Assembly (NCBI GenBank): GCA_944386145.1 | Contig: CALWZZ010000002.1 | Span: 1 to 37,365, forward strand | Length of the DNA stretch: 37,365 nucleotides | Origin: an uncultured Clostridia bacterium | GTDB lineage: Bacteria > Bacillota > Clostridia > TANB77 > CAG-508 | Direction of reading: 5' to 3' | In this document: positions 17,930-27,898 of the stretch, piece after piece | Numbering within the stretch: position 1 is the first letter of the stretch | How the letters are laid out: the number at the start of each line of letters is the position of its first letter | Position numbers and translations under genes: made by a program | The notes under the pieces: generated by a model | The model's database searches: none | Told to the model about the DNA's origin: nothing | Seen by the model: only the letters and a program-made list of their open reading frames with translations

Positions 17930-17942
17930 AAGGAGAAAAAAA

Positions 17943-19082
17943 ATGAAAATAATTACATTTTATTTACCACAATTTCATGAGATACCAGAAAATAACGAAT
18001 GGTGGGGAAAAGGGTTTACTGAATGGGTTAATGTAAAGAAGGCACAACCATTATTTGATGGACACTATCAACCAAGAATTCCAAAAGATAAAAACTATTA
18101 TAATCTTTTAGATAAAAAAACTATTAAATGGCAGGCTGAAATAGCAAAAAAATATGGTATATATGGTTTTTGCTTTTATCATTATTGGTTTGATGGACAT
18201 ATGTTACTTGAAAAACCCATTGAAATTTTTTTGCAAAATAAAGATATAGATATTAATTATTGTATTTCGTGGGCTAATGAGGATTGGACAAATGCATGGG
18301 CTAATAACAGTAATAAAACTTTAATTTCTCAAAATTATGGCTCAAAAAAAGAATGGATTAATCATTTCGATTATTTTTTGAGATTTTTTAAAGATGATAG
18401 ATATATAAAAATAAATAATAAGCCTTTACTAATTATATATAGACCAGAATTAATAGGATGTCTAAATGAAATGCTTGATACTTGGAATGAATTAGCAATA
18501 GAAAATGGCTTTGATGGAATTACATTTGCATATCAGCATTTTAATTATGGGAATATGAAAAATAAAGATGATTCTAGATTTAGTTATCAAATAGAATATC
18601 AACCTTCATATGCTATGAAAGAAAGTGAAAATAATAGATTATTATTATTTTTAAAAAGAATAAAAAATAAAATAGATGTTTTTTCTCAAAAAATATTTCA
18701 TAAAAGTATACAAGTATCTACATTAAAAAATAATTTAAAAAAATACGATTATGATGAACTATGGAATAACATTTTAAAAAGAAATCCAGAAAATGAAAAA
18801 AATGTTCCAGGAGCATTTGTTGGATGGGACAATACGCCAAGGAAAAATAACAGAGGAAGTGTTGTTGTTAATAATACACCAAGTAAATTCGAAAATTATA
18901 TGGTAAAACAAATTAATAATGCTAAAGATAAATATCATAAAGATTTTATTTTTATGTTTGCATGGAATGAATGGGCTGAAGGTGGATATTTAGAACCTGA
19001 TGAAAAATATAATTATGAATATTTACAAGCAATAAAAAATGCATTAAATAAAACAAATGAAAATCCATATACGAAAGGATAA
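17943..19082 (+). CDS. WbsX-like (GH99-like domain) glycosyltransferase
   Basis: N-terminus FYLPQFHEIPENNEWWGKGFTEWVNV and the later WNEWAEG motif are typical of the WbsX family. Confidence 0.8.
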   Translation: MKIITFYLPQFHEIPENNEWWGKGFTEWVNVKKAQPLFDGHYQPRIPKDKNYYNLLDKKTIKWQAEIAKKYGIYGFCFYHYWFDGHMLLEKPIEIFLQNKDIDINYCISWANEDWTNAWANNSNKTLISQNYGSKKEWINHFDYFLRFFKDDRYIKINNKPLLIIYRPELIGCLNEMLDTWNELAIENGFDGITFAYQHFNYGNMKNKDDSRFSYQIEYQPSYAMKESENNRLLLFLKRIKNKIDVFSQKIFHKSIQVSTLKNNLKKYDYDELWNNILKRNPENEKNVPGAFVGWDNTPRKNNRGSVVVNNTPSKFENYMVKQINNAKDKYHKDFIFMFAWNEWAEGGYLEPDEKYNYEYLQAIKNALNKTNENPYTKG

Positions 19083-19085
19083 AAA

Positions 19086-20171
19086 ATGAAAGGGATAGCT
19101 TTTATAGGAATAATTTTATATGGTTTAATATTAAAAAATAAAAAAAAATTTTGGCTTTTATGTTTAATATTTTATATAATCATGATTTTAACTACTACAG
19201 GTCAGGCAGATTATATTAATTATGAAAATTATTATAATTTGTTAAATAATGGGACTGTGGAAATTTCATATATGGGTATGTCTATTTTGTGGGGCAAATT
19301 GTGTTTATTGTGTGGAAAATTAAATTTGACATATACAGGAATGTCTTTAATTGTAATTATTATTTCAATGATATTAATACATTCCAGAATTAAAAAAATA
19401 AAATTTTGCGAAAATTTATTTTGGGCTTTTTATTTAATCTTTCCAGGTTTAATTCAATGTATACAGCTAAGATTTTTTCTTGGTACATCTGTTGTTTTTT
19501 GGGGATTAATACCTTTTTTAAAAAAAGAGCCTAAAAGTATTATAGTTTTTTGCATTTCAGTATTTATTGCATATTTTATACATTCATCATGTATAATATT
19601 TTTAATTTTTTTATTTCTACCATTATTTGACAAATATGGAAATAAAAAAACATTATTTTTTGCTTTTACTTGTTTTGTTGTAATGTTTATTGGAAAAGAT
19701 TATATTATTAAAATAATTGAAAATATAATTCCGGTTGTAAAGTTTGAAAGATATTTTATGTCAGATATATCACAAACAACTACATCGTGGTTTATAAAAA
19801 TATTAGTTATATGGTTTATTTCATATATAGGAGCTAGATATTTTTATTTACAAATTAGTAAAAAAAATATTCAAGATGAAAATAAAGAATTTCTTTTAAG
19901 ATGTGTAAATGCTATTTCATTGTTATTAATTACAACATTTTTTTTAATATATGATTCAAATTTTCATCGTTTTTTAGAAATGGGATATATGTTATTTTAT
20001 ATTATATTTGCTTATTATTTTTCTAATTATAAAATTGAAAATAAAATGAGAGGTTTTACGATTTTGCTGATTCTTATTTTATTATGCTTAATTACATATA
20101 ATTATACTCCAATTGAAACAGTTATAAAACCATTTTTTACATACAGTGGTGTTAATTCAATTTTTAAATAA
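19086..20171 (+). CDS. EpsG/Wzy-like polysaccharide polymerase (polytopic membrane protein)
   Basis: About 10 predicted TM segments, extremely hydrophobic, and located in a Wzx-dependent locus. No strong sequence motif was recognised. Confidence 0.6.
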   Translation: MKGIAFIGIILYGLILKNKKKFWLLCLIFYIIMILTTTGQADYINYENYYNLLNNGTVEISYMGMSILWGKLCLLCGKLNLTYTGMSLIVIIISMILIHSRIKKIKFCENLFWAFYLIFPGLIQCIQLRFFLGTSVVFWGLIPFLKKEPKSIIVFCISVFIAYFIHSSCIIFLIFLFLPLFDKYGNKKTLFFAFTCFVVMFIGKDYIIKIIENIIPVVKFERYFMSDISQTTTSWFIKILVIWFISYIGARYFYLQISKKNIQDENKEFLLRCVNAISLLLITTFFLIYDSNFHRFLEMGYMLFYIIFAYYFSNYKIENKMRGFTILLILILLCLITYNYTPIETVIKPFFTYSGVNSIFK

Positions 20172-20191
20172 GTATATAGAAAGGATTTTTT

Positions 20192-21118
20192 ATGGATAAA
20201 TATAAAGTTGAAGAAAATATTGAAAAAATAAATAAGGAATATCTAGAAATTGTATATTCTAAAGAATACAAATTAGGTAGAAGAATGTATAAAATAAAAG
20301 ATTCATTAAAAAAAATTAATCTTAAAGAATTAATTAATTATTATAAGTCATATAGAATGCAAAAAAAATTAAATAAAATTTCTGGTAATCAAGAATTTAA
20401 AGAAATTAAATATAATACCGGAAATAAAATATATACTAATTATGCAGTCTATACATGTATCACAAATAATTATGATACAATCTATGATCCATATTTTTGT
20501 GATACTGAATTTATTTTATATACTGATAAAATAAATCCGAATTATAATCAAATATGGCAACAAAGAGATATTCCAGATAATGCTAAAAGACTTAAGGGAA
20601 ATAAAATTAATAGATATTGCAAAATGCATCCATTTGAGCTTCTTGGGGATTATGATTTTTCGATATACATTGATGGTAATGTACAAGTCATCTCGAATAT
20701 TAGTGGGCTATGTGATATAGCTAAAAATTCTAAATGTGGAATAGCTATGCATCAACATCCAAATAGAAATTGTGCCTATGTAGAGGCTAAAGTATGTGAA
20801 GTATGCCATAGAGGAAACATAGATAAAATTAAACAACAGATGAAAAAATATGAAAAGGAAAATTTTCCTAAAAATTTTGGACTTTGTGAGGCTACAATAA
20901 TAGTATGTGATTTAAAAAATCCAATAGCAAAAAAAATAATGTCAGATTGGTATGATGAGTTTTGTAAATCAGAAAGTGAAAGAGATCAATTAGCATTACC
21001 ATACGTTATATGGAAAAATGGTTATAAAATGAGTGATATAGGTATTTTGGGTAACAATTTATTATTTAACCCACTTTTTAGAATAAAAAATTTAGGAGAT
21101 CATAAGATATTGAGGTGA
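20192..21118 (+). CDS. DUF616-family putative glycosyltransferase
   Basis: Motifs AVYTCITNNYD and FSIYIDGNVQV resemble DUF616 proteins of O-antigen/capsule loci. Confidence 0.65.
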   Translation: MDKYKVEENIEKINKEYLEIVYSKEYKLGRRMYKIKDSLKKINLKELINYYKSYRMQKKLNKISGNQEFKEIKYNTGNKIYTNYAVYTCITNNYDTIYDPYFCDTEFILYTDKINPNYNQIWQQRDIPDNAKRLKGNKINRYCKMHPFELLGDYDFSIYIDGNVQVISNISGLCDIAKNSKCGIAMHQHPNRNCAYVEAKVCEVCHRGNIDKIKQQMKKYEKENFPKNFGLCEATIIVCDLKNPIAKKIMSDWYDEFCKSESERDQLALPYVIWKNGYKMSDIGILGNNLLFNPLFRIKNLGDHKILR

Positions 21119-21121
21119 GAT

Positions 21122-22012
21122 ATGATATTTTTTAGCAAGTTAATTATAAAAATATGTACAATTTTAAGAATTAAAAATTATATACCAGATAAAATTTATT
21201 TACATTTAATGTATTATATTTTAACGAATAAAAAATTAGATTTAGATAATCCAAAGACGTTTAATGAAAAATTACAATGGCTAAAGTTACATAATAGAAA
21301 GCCAGAATATACAAGAATGGTAGATAAATATGAAGTAAAAAATTATATTACTAATATTATTGGAAAAGAATATGTAATTCCTACATTAGGAATTTATGAA
21401 AAATGGGAAGATATAGATTGGGATAAATTACCAAATCAATTTGTTATAAAATGTACACATGATTCTGGAGGAATTGTAATAGTTAAAGACAAAAATTCTT
21501 TTGATTTTAATAAAGCAAAGAAAATAATAAAAAAATCGTTAAAAAATAATTATTATTGGAATTGCAGAGAATGGCCATATAAAAATGTAAAACCTAGAAT
21601 TATAATCGAGGAATATATGGAAGATAAATTTTATCATGAGCTAATTGATTACAAAATATATGCTTTTAATGGAAAATGCGATTATGTAATGGTATGTTTT
21701 GATAGATTTAAAGATAATGTGAAATTTATTTATTTTGATAGAGACTGGAACATAAAAAAAACATTTAGCAATGATGGAATAAAATATGGAGATAATATAA
21801 ATCTAAAAAGACCTAATAATTTAGATTTAATGTTTAAATATGCTGAAGAATTATCTAAAAATATACCTTTTGTGAGAGTGGATTTTTATGAAGTAAATGG
21901 TAAATTATATTTTGGAGAATTTACATTCTTTCCAAGTGGAGGATTTGATGACACTAGAACAGATGATGCTACAAAATATTTGAATGAACAATTAAAAATA
22001 TCAGAAAAGTAA
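21122..22012 (+). CDS. TupA-like ATP-grasp enzyme
   Basis: NPKTFNEKLQWLKL, FVIKCTHDSGG and RVDFYEVNGKLYFGEFTFFP are typical of the ATPgrasp_TupA family. Confidence 0.75.
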   Translation: MIFFSKLIIKICTILRIKNYIPDKIYLHLMYYILTNKKLDLDNPKTFNEKLQWLKLHNRKPEYTRMVDKYEVKNYITNIIGKEYVIPTLGIYEKWEDIDWDKLPNQFVIKCTHDSGGIVIVKDKNSFDFNKAKKIIKKSLKNNYYWNCREWPYKNVKPRIIIEEYMEDKFYHELIDYKIYAFNGKCDYVMVCFDRFKDNVKFIYFDRDWNIKKTFSNDGIKYGDNINLKRPNNLDLMFKYAEELSKNIPFVRVDFYEVNGKLYFGEFTFFPSGGFDDTRTDDATKYLNEQLKISEK

Positions 22013-22217
22013 AAATTGTTCATATATATCAATGGATTTTAAATAATAGAACAACATTTGAAACATTAGTTTATTTATAATAATGTTTTGGATAAAAATA
22101 GTTTTAATAATTAAATAAAAAGTTTTTGACATATGTAAATAAAAAATAGATTAAAAAAATATTTGATATATTAACAATAAATGAAGATAATTTAATATTA
22201 GATGAGGTGAAAAGATA

Positions 22218-23174
22218 ATGAAAACAGTTGGTTTTTTAAAGAGTGATAAAGAAAATGAAAATAGAATATGTTTATTACCAGAAGACATAAACGTTATACA
22301 AAATAAAAAATATATTTATCTTGAAGAAGGATATGGCAAAAACTTAAATATAGAAGATAATGAATATATTAAAGCAGGTGTGAATGTTGTTGATAAACAG
22401 GAAATATTTGATAAAAATATTATAGTAGAACCTAAAATTGGTGATGCACAGTATTTGAAAAAATTGAAAAATAAAACTATATTTGGTTGGATACATGCAG
22501 TACAAAATAAAGCAATAACAGATATTTTAATAAAAAACAAATTAACAGTATATGCTTGGGAAGAAATGTTTGAAGAAGGTAGACATATTTTTTGGAGAAA
22601 TAATGAAATAGCAGGAGAAGCAGCAGTGATGCATGCGTTATTAATACATGGAATAATGCCATATAATTTAAAAGTAGCTATTATTGGAAATGGAAATGTT
22701 TCTAGGGGAGCATATAGAGTATTGACTCAATTAGGTTGTAATATAACTGTTTATAATAGAAAAATGGAAAAATTATTATCTAAAGAGATTGCAAAATACG
22801 ATATTATTGTTAATGCAGTTTTATGGGATGTTAATAGAAAGGATCACATTATATATAAAGAAGACTTAATGAAAATGAAAAAAGGTAGTTTAATTATAGA
22901 TGTAAGTTGCGATCATAATGGTGCAATAGAAACAAGTAAACCTACAACTATAGAAAAGCCAACATATTGGATTGATGGGGTTGAACACTATGTTGTTGAT
23001 CATACACCATCATTAGTATATAGAACAGTTTCTAAAGAATTGTCTGGAGAAGTATGCAAATTTATAGATTATTTCATAACAGACAGTAAAAATGATGTTT
23101 TAAATTCAGCACTTATTGTGAAAAATGGGGTAATACTTGATAATAATATAAATGAATATCAGAAAAGAAAATAA
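22218..23174 (+). CDS. AlaDH/PNT-fold dehydrogenase resembling N5-(carboxyethyl)ornithine synthase
   Basis: 318 aa. N-terminus GFLKSDKENENRICLLPEDI and dinucleotide fold VAIIGNGNVSRGA. Shorter than alanine dehydrogenase. Preceded by a 205-bp AT-rich gap. Confidence 0.6.
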   Translation: MKTVGFLKSDKENENRICLLPEDINVIQNKKYIYLEEGYGKNLNIEDNEYIKAGVNVVDKQEIFDKNIIVEPKIGDAQYLKKLKNKTIFGWIHAVQNKAITDILIKNKLTVYAWEEMFEEGRHIFWRNNEIAGEAAVMHALLIHGIMPYNLKVAIIGNGNVSRGAYRVLTQLGCNITVYNRKMEKLLSKEIAKYDIIVNAVLWDVNRKDHIIYKEDLMKMKKGSLIIDVSCDHNGAIETSKPTTIEKPTYWIDGVEHYVVDHTPSLVYRTVSKELSGEVCKFIDYFITDSKNDVLNSALIVKNGVILDNNINEYQKRK

Positions 23175-23201
23175 CATTATTGAGAGGAATATGATAATTT
23201 T

Positions 23202-24722
23202 ATGAGAAGTAAAAAAGCAATAAAAAATATTATATCATCTGTATTTCAACAAATAGTAACTTTTGTATGTGGGTTAATTGTTCCTAGAGCTATAATAGGT
23301 ACATTTGGTTCAAGTGTAAATGGACTACTATCTTCTATTACACAGTTTTTATCATATATTACGTTATTAGAAGCAGGTATTGGACCAGTAATAAAATCGG
23401 CATTATATAAACCAATAGCTCAAAAAGATAAATACGAAATCGAAAAAATCTTAAAAGCAAGTCAAAGGTTTTTCAGGATAATTTCAGCTATTTTTATAGT
23501 GTATTTAATAATTTTATGTTTTATATATCCATTAATAGTAGCAAATCAATTTGATTATATGTTTACAGTTTCATTGATATTGATAATTTCAATAAGTACA
23601 TTTGCAGAATATTTTTTTGGTATGGTTTACAAATTATATTTACAAGCAGAACAAAAAACTTATGTTACTTCCATTGTACAAAGTGCTACAACAATATTAA
23701 ATGCAGTATTAATTGTTGTATTAATAAAATGTAATGCTAATATACAGATAGTCAAATTAGTAAGTGCTTTTGTTTTTGTGTTAAGACCAATAGTTCAGAA
23801 CATATATGTAAAAAGAAAATATAATATTAATTTTAAAGAAGTAAAGGAAAAATATGATTTAAAGCAAAAATGGGATGGCTTAGCACAACATATTGCAGCA
23901 GTAGTTCACAATAATACTGATGTAGCGGTATTGACAATATTTTCAAATACAGCAGAAGTTTCTGTATATACAGTTTATCTTTTTGTGATAAATGGTGTAA
24001 AAAATATAGTACAAGCATTTACTGGAGGCGTAGATGCATCATTTGGAGATATGATAGTAAAAGGAGAAAAAGAGGCATTAAATAGAAGTTTTAGGACATA
24101 TGAAATGTTTTATTATACAATTATAACAATTGTATATATTGTTACAATGATTATGATATTACCATTTATTACGGTATATACTAAAGGAATAACAGATGTG
24201 AATTACTATCGACCAGGTTTTGCTATGTTAATAATTTTGGCTGAATTATTTTGGTCTATTAGATTACCATATAGTTCAATAACATTGGCGGCGGGACATT
24301 TTAAAGAGACAAGAAAAGGAGCTTGGGTCGAAGTATTTTCTAATTTGATCATTTCTATAGTATTAGTATTTAATTTTGGAATGATAGGTGTGGCAATTGG
24401 TACACTAGTAGCAATGTTTATAAGAACAATAGAATTTATATATCATTCATCAAAATATATTTTAGGTAGAAGCATTTTGGATTCAGTTAAAAGAATAATA
24501 TTATTATTTTTAGAATTGCTTCTATTAGTGCCAATAGGTATATTTATATGTAGTAAATTTAATATTGAAGAATATTCATCATGGATTATAATAGCTGCTG
24601 TAGTGACAATTGTTATTGCAGTGATAGTTCTTCTTATTAATTTACTTATTTATAGAAATGATGCTAAATCTGTCTTAGAAATATTAAAAAAGAATTTTAT
24701 TAAGAAAGAGGTAAAAGAATAG
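23202..24722 (+). CDS. wzx: Wzx-type polysaccharide flippase (MOP superfamily)
   Basis: 506 aa, about 12-14 TM segments, typical N-terminal KKAIKNI....Q. Confidence 0.8.
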   Translation: MRSKKAIKNIISSVFQQIVTFVCGLIVPRAIIGTFGSSVNGLLSSITQFLSYITLLEAGIGPVIKSALYKPIAQKDKYEIEKILKASQRFFRIISAIFIVYLIILCFIYPLIVANQFDYMFTVSLILIISISTFAEYFFGMVYKLYLQAEQKTYVTSIVQSATTILNAVLIVVLIKCNANIQIVKLVSAFVFVLRPIVQNIYVKRKYNINFKEVKEKYDLKQKWDGLAQHIAAVVHNNTDVAVLTIFSNTAEVSVYTVYLFVINGVKNIVQAFTGGVDASFGDMIVKGEKEALNRSFRTYEMFYYTIITIVYIVTMIMILPFITVYTKGITDVNYYRPGFAMLIILAELFWSIRLPYSSITLAAGHFKETRKGAWVEVFSNLIISIVLVFNFGMIGVAIGTLVAMFIRTIEFIYHSSKYILGRSILDSVKRIILLFLELLLLVPIGIFICSKFNIEEYSSWIIIAAVVTIVIAVIVLLINLLIYRNDAKSVLEILKKNFIKKEVKE

Positions 24723-25696
24723 TGACCACATATTTCATTACCGGCGGAGCTGGATTTATCGGTTCAACATTAAGCCAAAAATTAATCGAACAAGGAAACA
24801 AAGTAGTAGCAATAGACAATTTTTGTGACTTTTACAATCCAAAAATAAAAGAAAATAATGTAAAAGAATTACTACAAAATGAAAATTTTAAATTATACAG
24901 AGCAGACATACGAGATAGAAAAGCCCTAAAAGAAATATTTGATGAAAATCAAATTGACATAGTCATGCACCTAGCCGCTATGGCAGGTGTTAGACCATCA
25001 ATAGAAAATCCGATATTGTATCAAGAAGTAAACTGTATGGGAACGCAAAATATTTTAGAAGAAATGAAAGAACATAATGTAAAAAATGGCGTGTTTGCAT
25101 CTTCTAGTAGTGTTTATGGAAATTGTAAAGAAGTACCTTTTAGAGAAGATATGATAGTAGATTATGCCATAAGTCCATATGCAGCAACTAAAAAAGCAAA
25201 TGAGGTAATGGCACATGTATATCATAAATTATTTGATATGAATATTGTTATGCTAAGATTTTTTACAGTTTATGGTCCAAAACAGAGACCTGACTTAGCA
25301 ATCAATAAATTTACAAGATTAATGTTAGAAGGAAAAGAAATACCAATGTTTGGCGATGGTACAACGTCAAGAGATTATACATATATTGATGATATAGTTG
25401 ATGGAATTATAAAATCTTGTAATTATTGTATGAACAATCAAGAGGTGTATGAAATTCTAAATATCGGAAATTCATCTCCAACAACATTAAAAGAAATGAT
25501 AAATACCATTGGACAAGCTTTAGGAATAGAACCAAAAATAAAACAATTGCCAATGCAACCAGGAGATGTGGATAGAACTTATGCAGATGTTTCAAAAGCG
25601 AAAACATTAATTGGATATGAACCAAAAACAACATTTAGGGAAGGAATAGAAAATTTTGTAAAATGGTATAAAGAAAATAAAAATTTATATGAATAA
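24722..25696 (+). CDS. NAD-dependent sugar-nucleotide epimerase, probably UDP-glucuronate 4-epimerase
   Basis: GGAGFIGS Rossmann motif and YAATKKANE (YxxxK). The GTG start overlaps the wzx stop. Adjacent to ugd. Confidence 0.8.
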   Translation: MTTYFITGGAGFIGSTLSQKLIEQGNKVVAIDNFCDFYNPKIKENNVKELLQNENFKLYRADIRDRKALKEIFDENQIDIVMHLAAMAGVRPSIENPILYQEVNCMGTQNILEEMKEHNVKNGVFASSSSVYGNCKEVPFREDMIVDYAISPYAATKKANEVMAHVYHKLFDMNIVMLRFFTVYGPKQRPDLAINKFTRLMLEGKEIPMFGDGTTSRDYTYIDDIVDGIIKSCNYCMNNQEVYEILNIGNSSPTTLKEMINTIGQALGIEPKIKQLPMQPGDVDRTYADVSKAKTLIGYEPKTTFREGIENFVKWYKENKNLYE

Positions 25697-25713
25697 TAGG
25701 GGGAACATAAAAA

Positions 25714-27018
25714 ATGAAACAATATAAAATAGCGGTAGCTGGAACAGGATATGTAGGATTAGTAGCAGGTGTATGTTTTGCAGAAAAAGGACATCAAGTC
25801 ATTTGTGTTGATGTTGATGAAAGAAAAGTAGAGACTATGAAACAAGGAATTTGTCCAATATATGAAGAAGATTTAGAAGAATTAATGCAAAAAAACTATA
25901 AAGAAGGAAGATTGGATTATACAACAGATTACAAAAATGCCTATAAAGATGCAGATGCCATATTTATAGGTGTAGGAACACCAGAACAACCAGATGGTTC
26001 AGCAAATTTAAGTTACATAGCGACTGTGTCAAGACAGATTGCAGAAAGCATAGAAAAAGATTGTTTAGTGGTTGTAAAATCAACTGTACCAATTGGAACA
26101 AATGATAAGGTAGAACAATTTATTAAAGACTTTTTGGTAAATGATGTAAAAGTAGAAGTGGCAAGTAATCCAGAATTTTTAGCCCAAGGTACAGCGGTAA
26201 AAGATACATTGCAAGCAAAAAGAATTATTATCGGAACAGAAAGTAAAGAAGCTGAAAAGAAATTAATGGAAATATATGAACCATTTGAACTACCAATTGT
26301 TTCAGTAAATAGAAGAAGTGCAGAAATGATAAAATATGCGTCAAATGATTTTCTAGCCCTAAAAATTTCATATATGAATGATATTGCGAATCTTTGTGAG
26401 TTGGTAGGTGCCAATATTGAAGATGTGGCAAAAGGTATGTCATATGACCCACGTATAGGTGCAAAATTCTTAAATGCTGGTATTGGTTATGGAGGCAGTT
26501 GTTTCCCAAAAGATACAAAGGCATTAAAATATTTAGCAAAACAACATGGGTATAAATTAAAAACAGTAGAAGCAGCAGTAGATGTTAATGCAGAACAAAA
26601 AGTAAAATTATTTAAAAAAGCGTCAGAAAGAATGATTACATTTAATGGGGTAAAAATTGCCATATTAGGATTAACTTTCAAACCAGGAACAGATGATTTA
26701 AGAGAAGCACCATCAATTGATAATGTGGAATTATTGTTAAAAAATAATGCAAATAATATTTATGCATATGACCCAGTAGGAGAGGATAATTTTAAAAAGA
26801 GATATCCAACAGAAATAAATTATGTTTCAACACCAGAAGAAGCATTAGAGGGAGCGAATATATGCTTTATATTCACAGAATGGAATGAGATAAAAGCAAT
26901 TAAACCAGAAACATATAAAAAATTAATGAAAACACCATTAGTGTATGATGGAAGAAATATATATGATGTAAACGAAATGAAAAATGCAGGAATAGAATAT
27001 TATTCAATTGGAAGATAA
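25714..27018 (+). CDS. ugd: UDP-glucose 6-dehydrogenase
   Basis: GTGYVGL Rossmann motif, catalytic GGSCFPKD, 434 aa. Confidence 0.93.
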   Translation: MKQYKIAVAGTGYVGLVAGVCFAEKGHQVICVDVDERKVETMKQGICPIYEEDLEELMQKNYKEGRLDYTTDYKNAYKDADAIFIGVGTPEQPDGSANLSYIATVSRQIAESIEKDCLVVVKSTVPIGTNDKVEQFIKDFLVNDVKVEVASNPEFLAQGTAVKDTLQAKRIIIGTESKEAEKKLMEIYEPFELPIVSVNRRSAEMIKYASNDFLALKISYMNDIANLCELVGANIEDVAKGMSYDPRIGAKFLNAGIGYGGSCFPKDTKALKYLAKQHGYKLKTVEAAVDVNAEQKVKLFKKASERMITFNGVKIAILGLTFKPGTDDLREAPSIDNVELLLKNNANNIYAYDPVGEDNFKKRYPTEINYVSTPEEALEGANICFIFTEWNEIKAIKPETYKKLMKTPLVYDGRNIYDVNEMKNAGIEYYSIGR

Positions 27019-27094
27019 AAAATTATAAAATTTAATTATTTTGTCCATTTCATAAGCATAACCCTAAAACAGATTACCTTTTTTACGAAACATG

Positions 27095-27123
27095 TTGCAA
27101 AACTATCTTAAAAACTGTATACT
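27095..27123 (+). promoter_or_regulatory. Candidate internal promoter for wzz-wze (TTGCAA-17-TATACT)
   Basis: Hexamers at 27095-27100 and 27118-27123 in the 154-bp gap after ugd. Confidence 0.5.
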
Positions 27124-27172
27124 AATAAAGTATCAATGCAAAAGAAAAAAAGAAAGAATAAAAGGAGGAAAT

Positions 27173-27898
27173 ATGGAAGAAATAGACTTAAAAGAATTAT
27201 TTGAAATATTTTGGCATAAGAAAGTTCAAATTCTATTAATCATATTAATTTTTATGGTAATTGGCGTAATTTATTCGGTAGGATTTGTAACACCAATGTA
27301 TAGTTCATCAACCACATTACTTTTAGCAGGAACAGCAAGTAGTACAGAAGAGCAGTCAACAAATACAATAACAACTGCAGACTTATCAATCAACTCTCAA
27401 TTGGTTTCAACATATAGTGAATTGGTAAAAAGCAAAAATATTTTAGGACAAGTTATTTCAAATTTAGGAATGAACATAGATGAAGAGCAATTAAAACAAA
27501 ATGTACAAGTTACATCAGTGGAAGATACAGAATTAATCAGAATAACAGTTTCTAACGAAAATGCAGAATATGCTGCTAGAATTGCTAATGAAATTGCAAA
27601 TGTATTTAAAGAAAAAATTGCAAAGGAAATATATAATATCAATAATGTACATATTGTAGATGAAGCAACTGTAGAAACAGAACCTTCAAATGTTAATCAT
27701 ATAAGAGATATTGCTATCTTTGCATTTATTGGTGCAGTTATTGCTGTTATGTATGTATTAATTGCTAATATGCTAGATACAACAGTAAAAACACAAGAAG
27801 ATATTGAAAAAAGTATAAAAATACCAGTCTTAGCATCTATTCCAATGTATGATATGGATATGGAAAAACTTAAGAAAAGAAAAGGAGGTAGAAGATAA
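27173..27898 (+). CDS. Wzz/CpsC-type chain-length regulator (BY-kinase transmembrane modulator)
   Basis: The ATG at 27173 follows AAAGGAGGAAAT. Two TM segments flank an extracellular domain. The stop overlaps the kinase start. Confidence 0.85.
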   Translation: MEEIDLKELFEIFWHKKVQILLIILIFMVIGVIYSVGFVTPMYSSSTTLLLAGTASSTEEQSTNTITTADLSINSQLVSTYSELVKSKNILGQVISNLGMNIDEEQLKQNVQVTSVEDTELIRITVSNENAEYAARIANEIANVFKEKIAKEIYNINNVHIVDEATVETEPSNVNHIRDIAIFAFIGAVIAVMYVLIANMLDTTVKTQEDIEKSIKIPVLASIPMYDMDMEKLKKRKGGRR

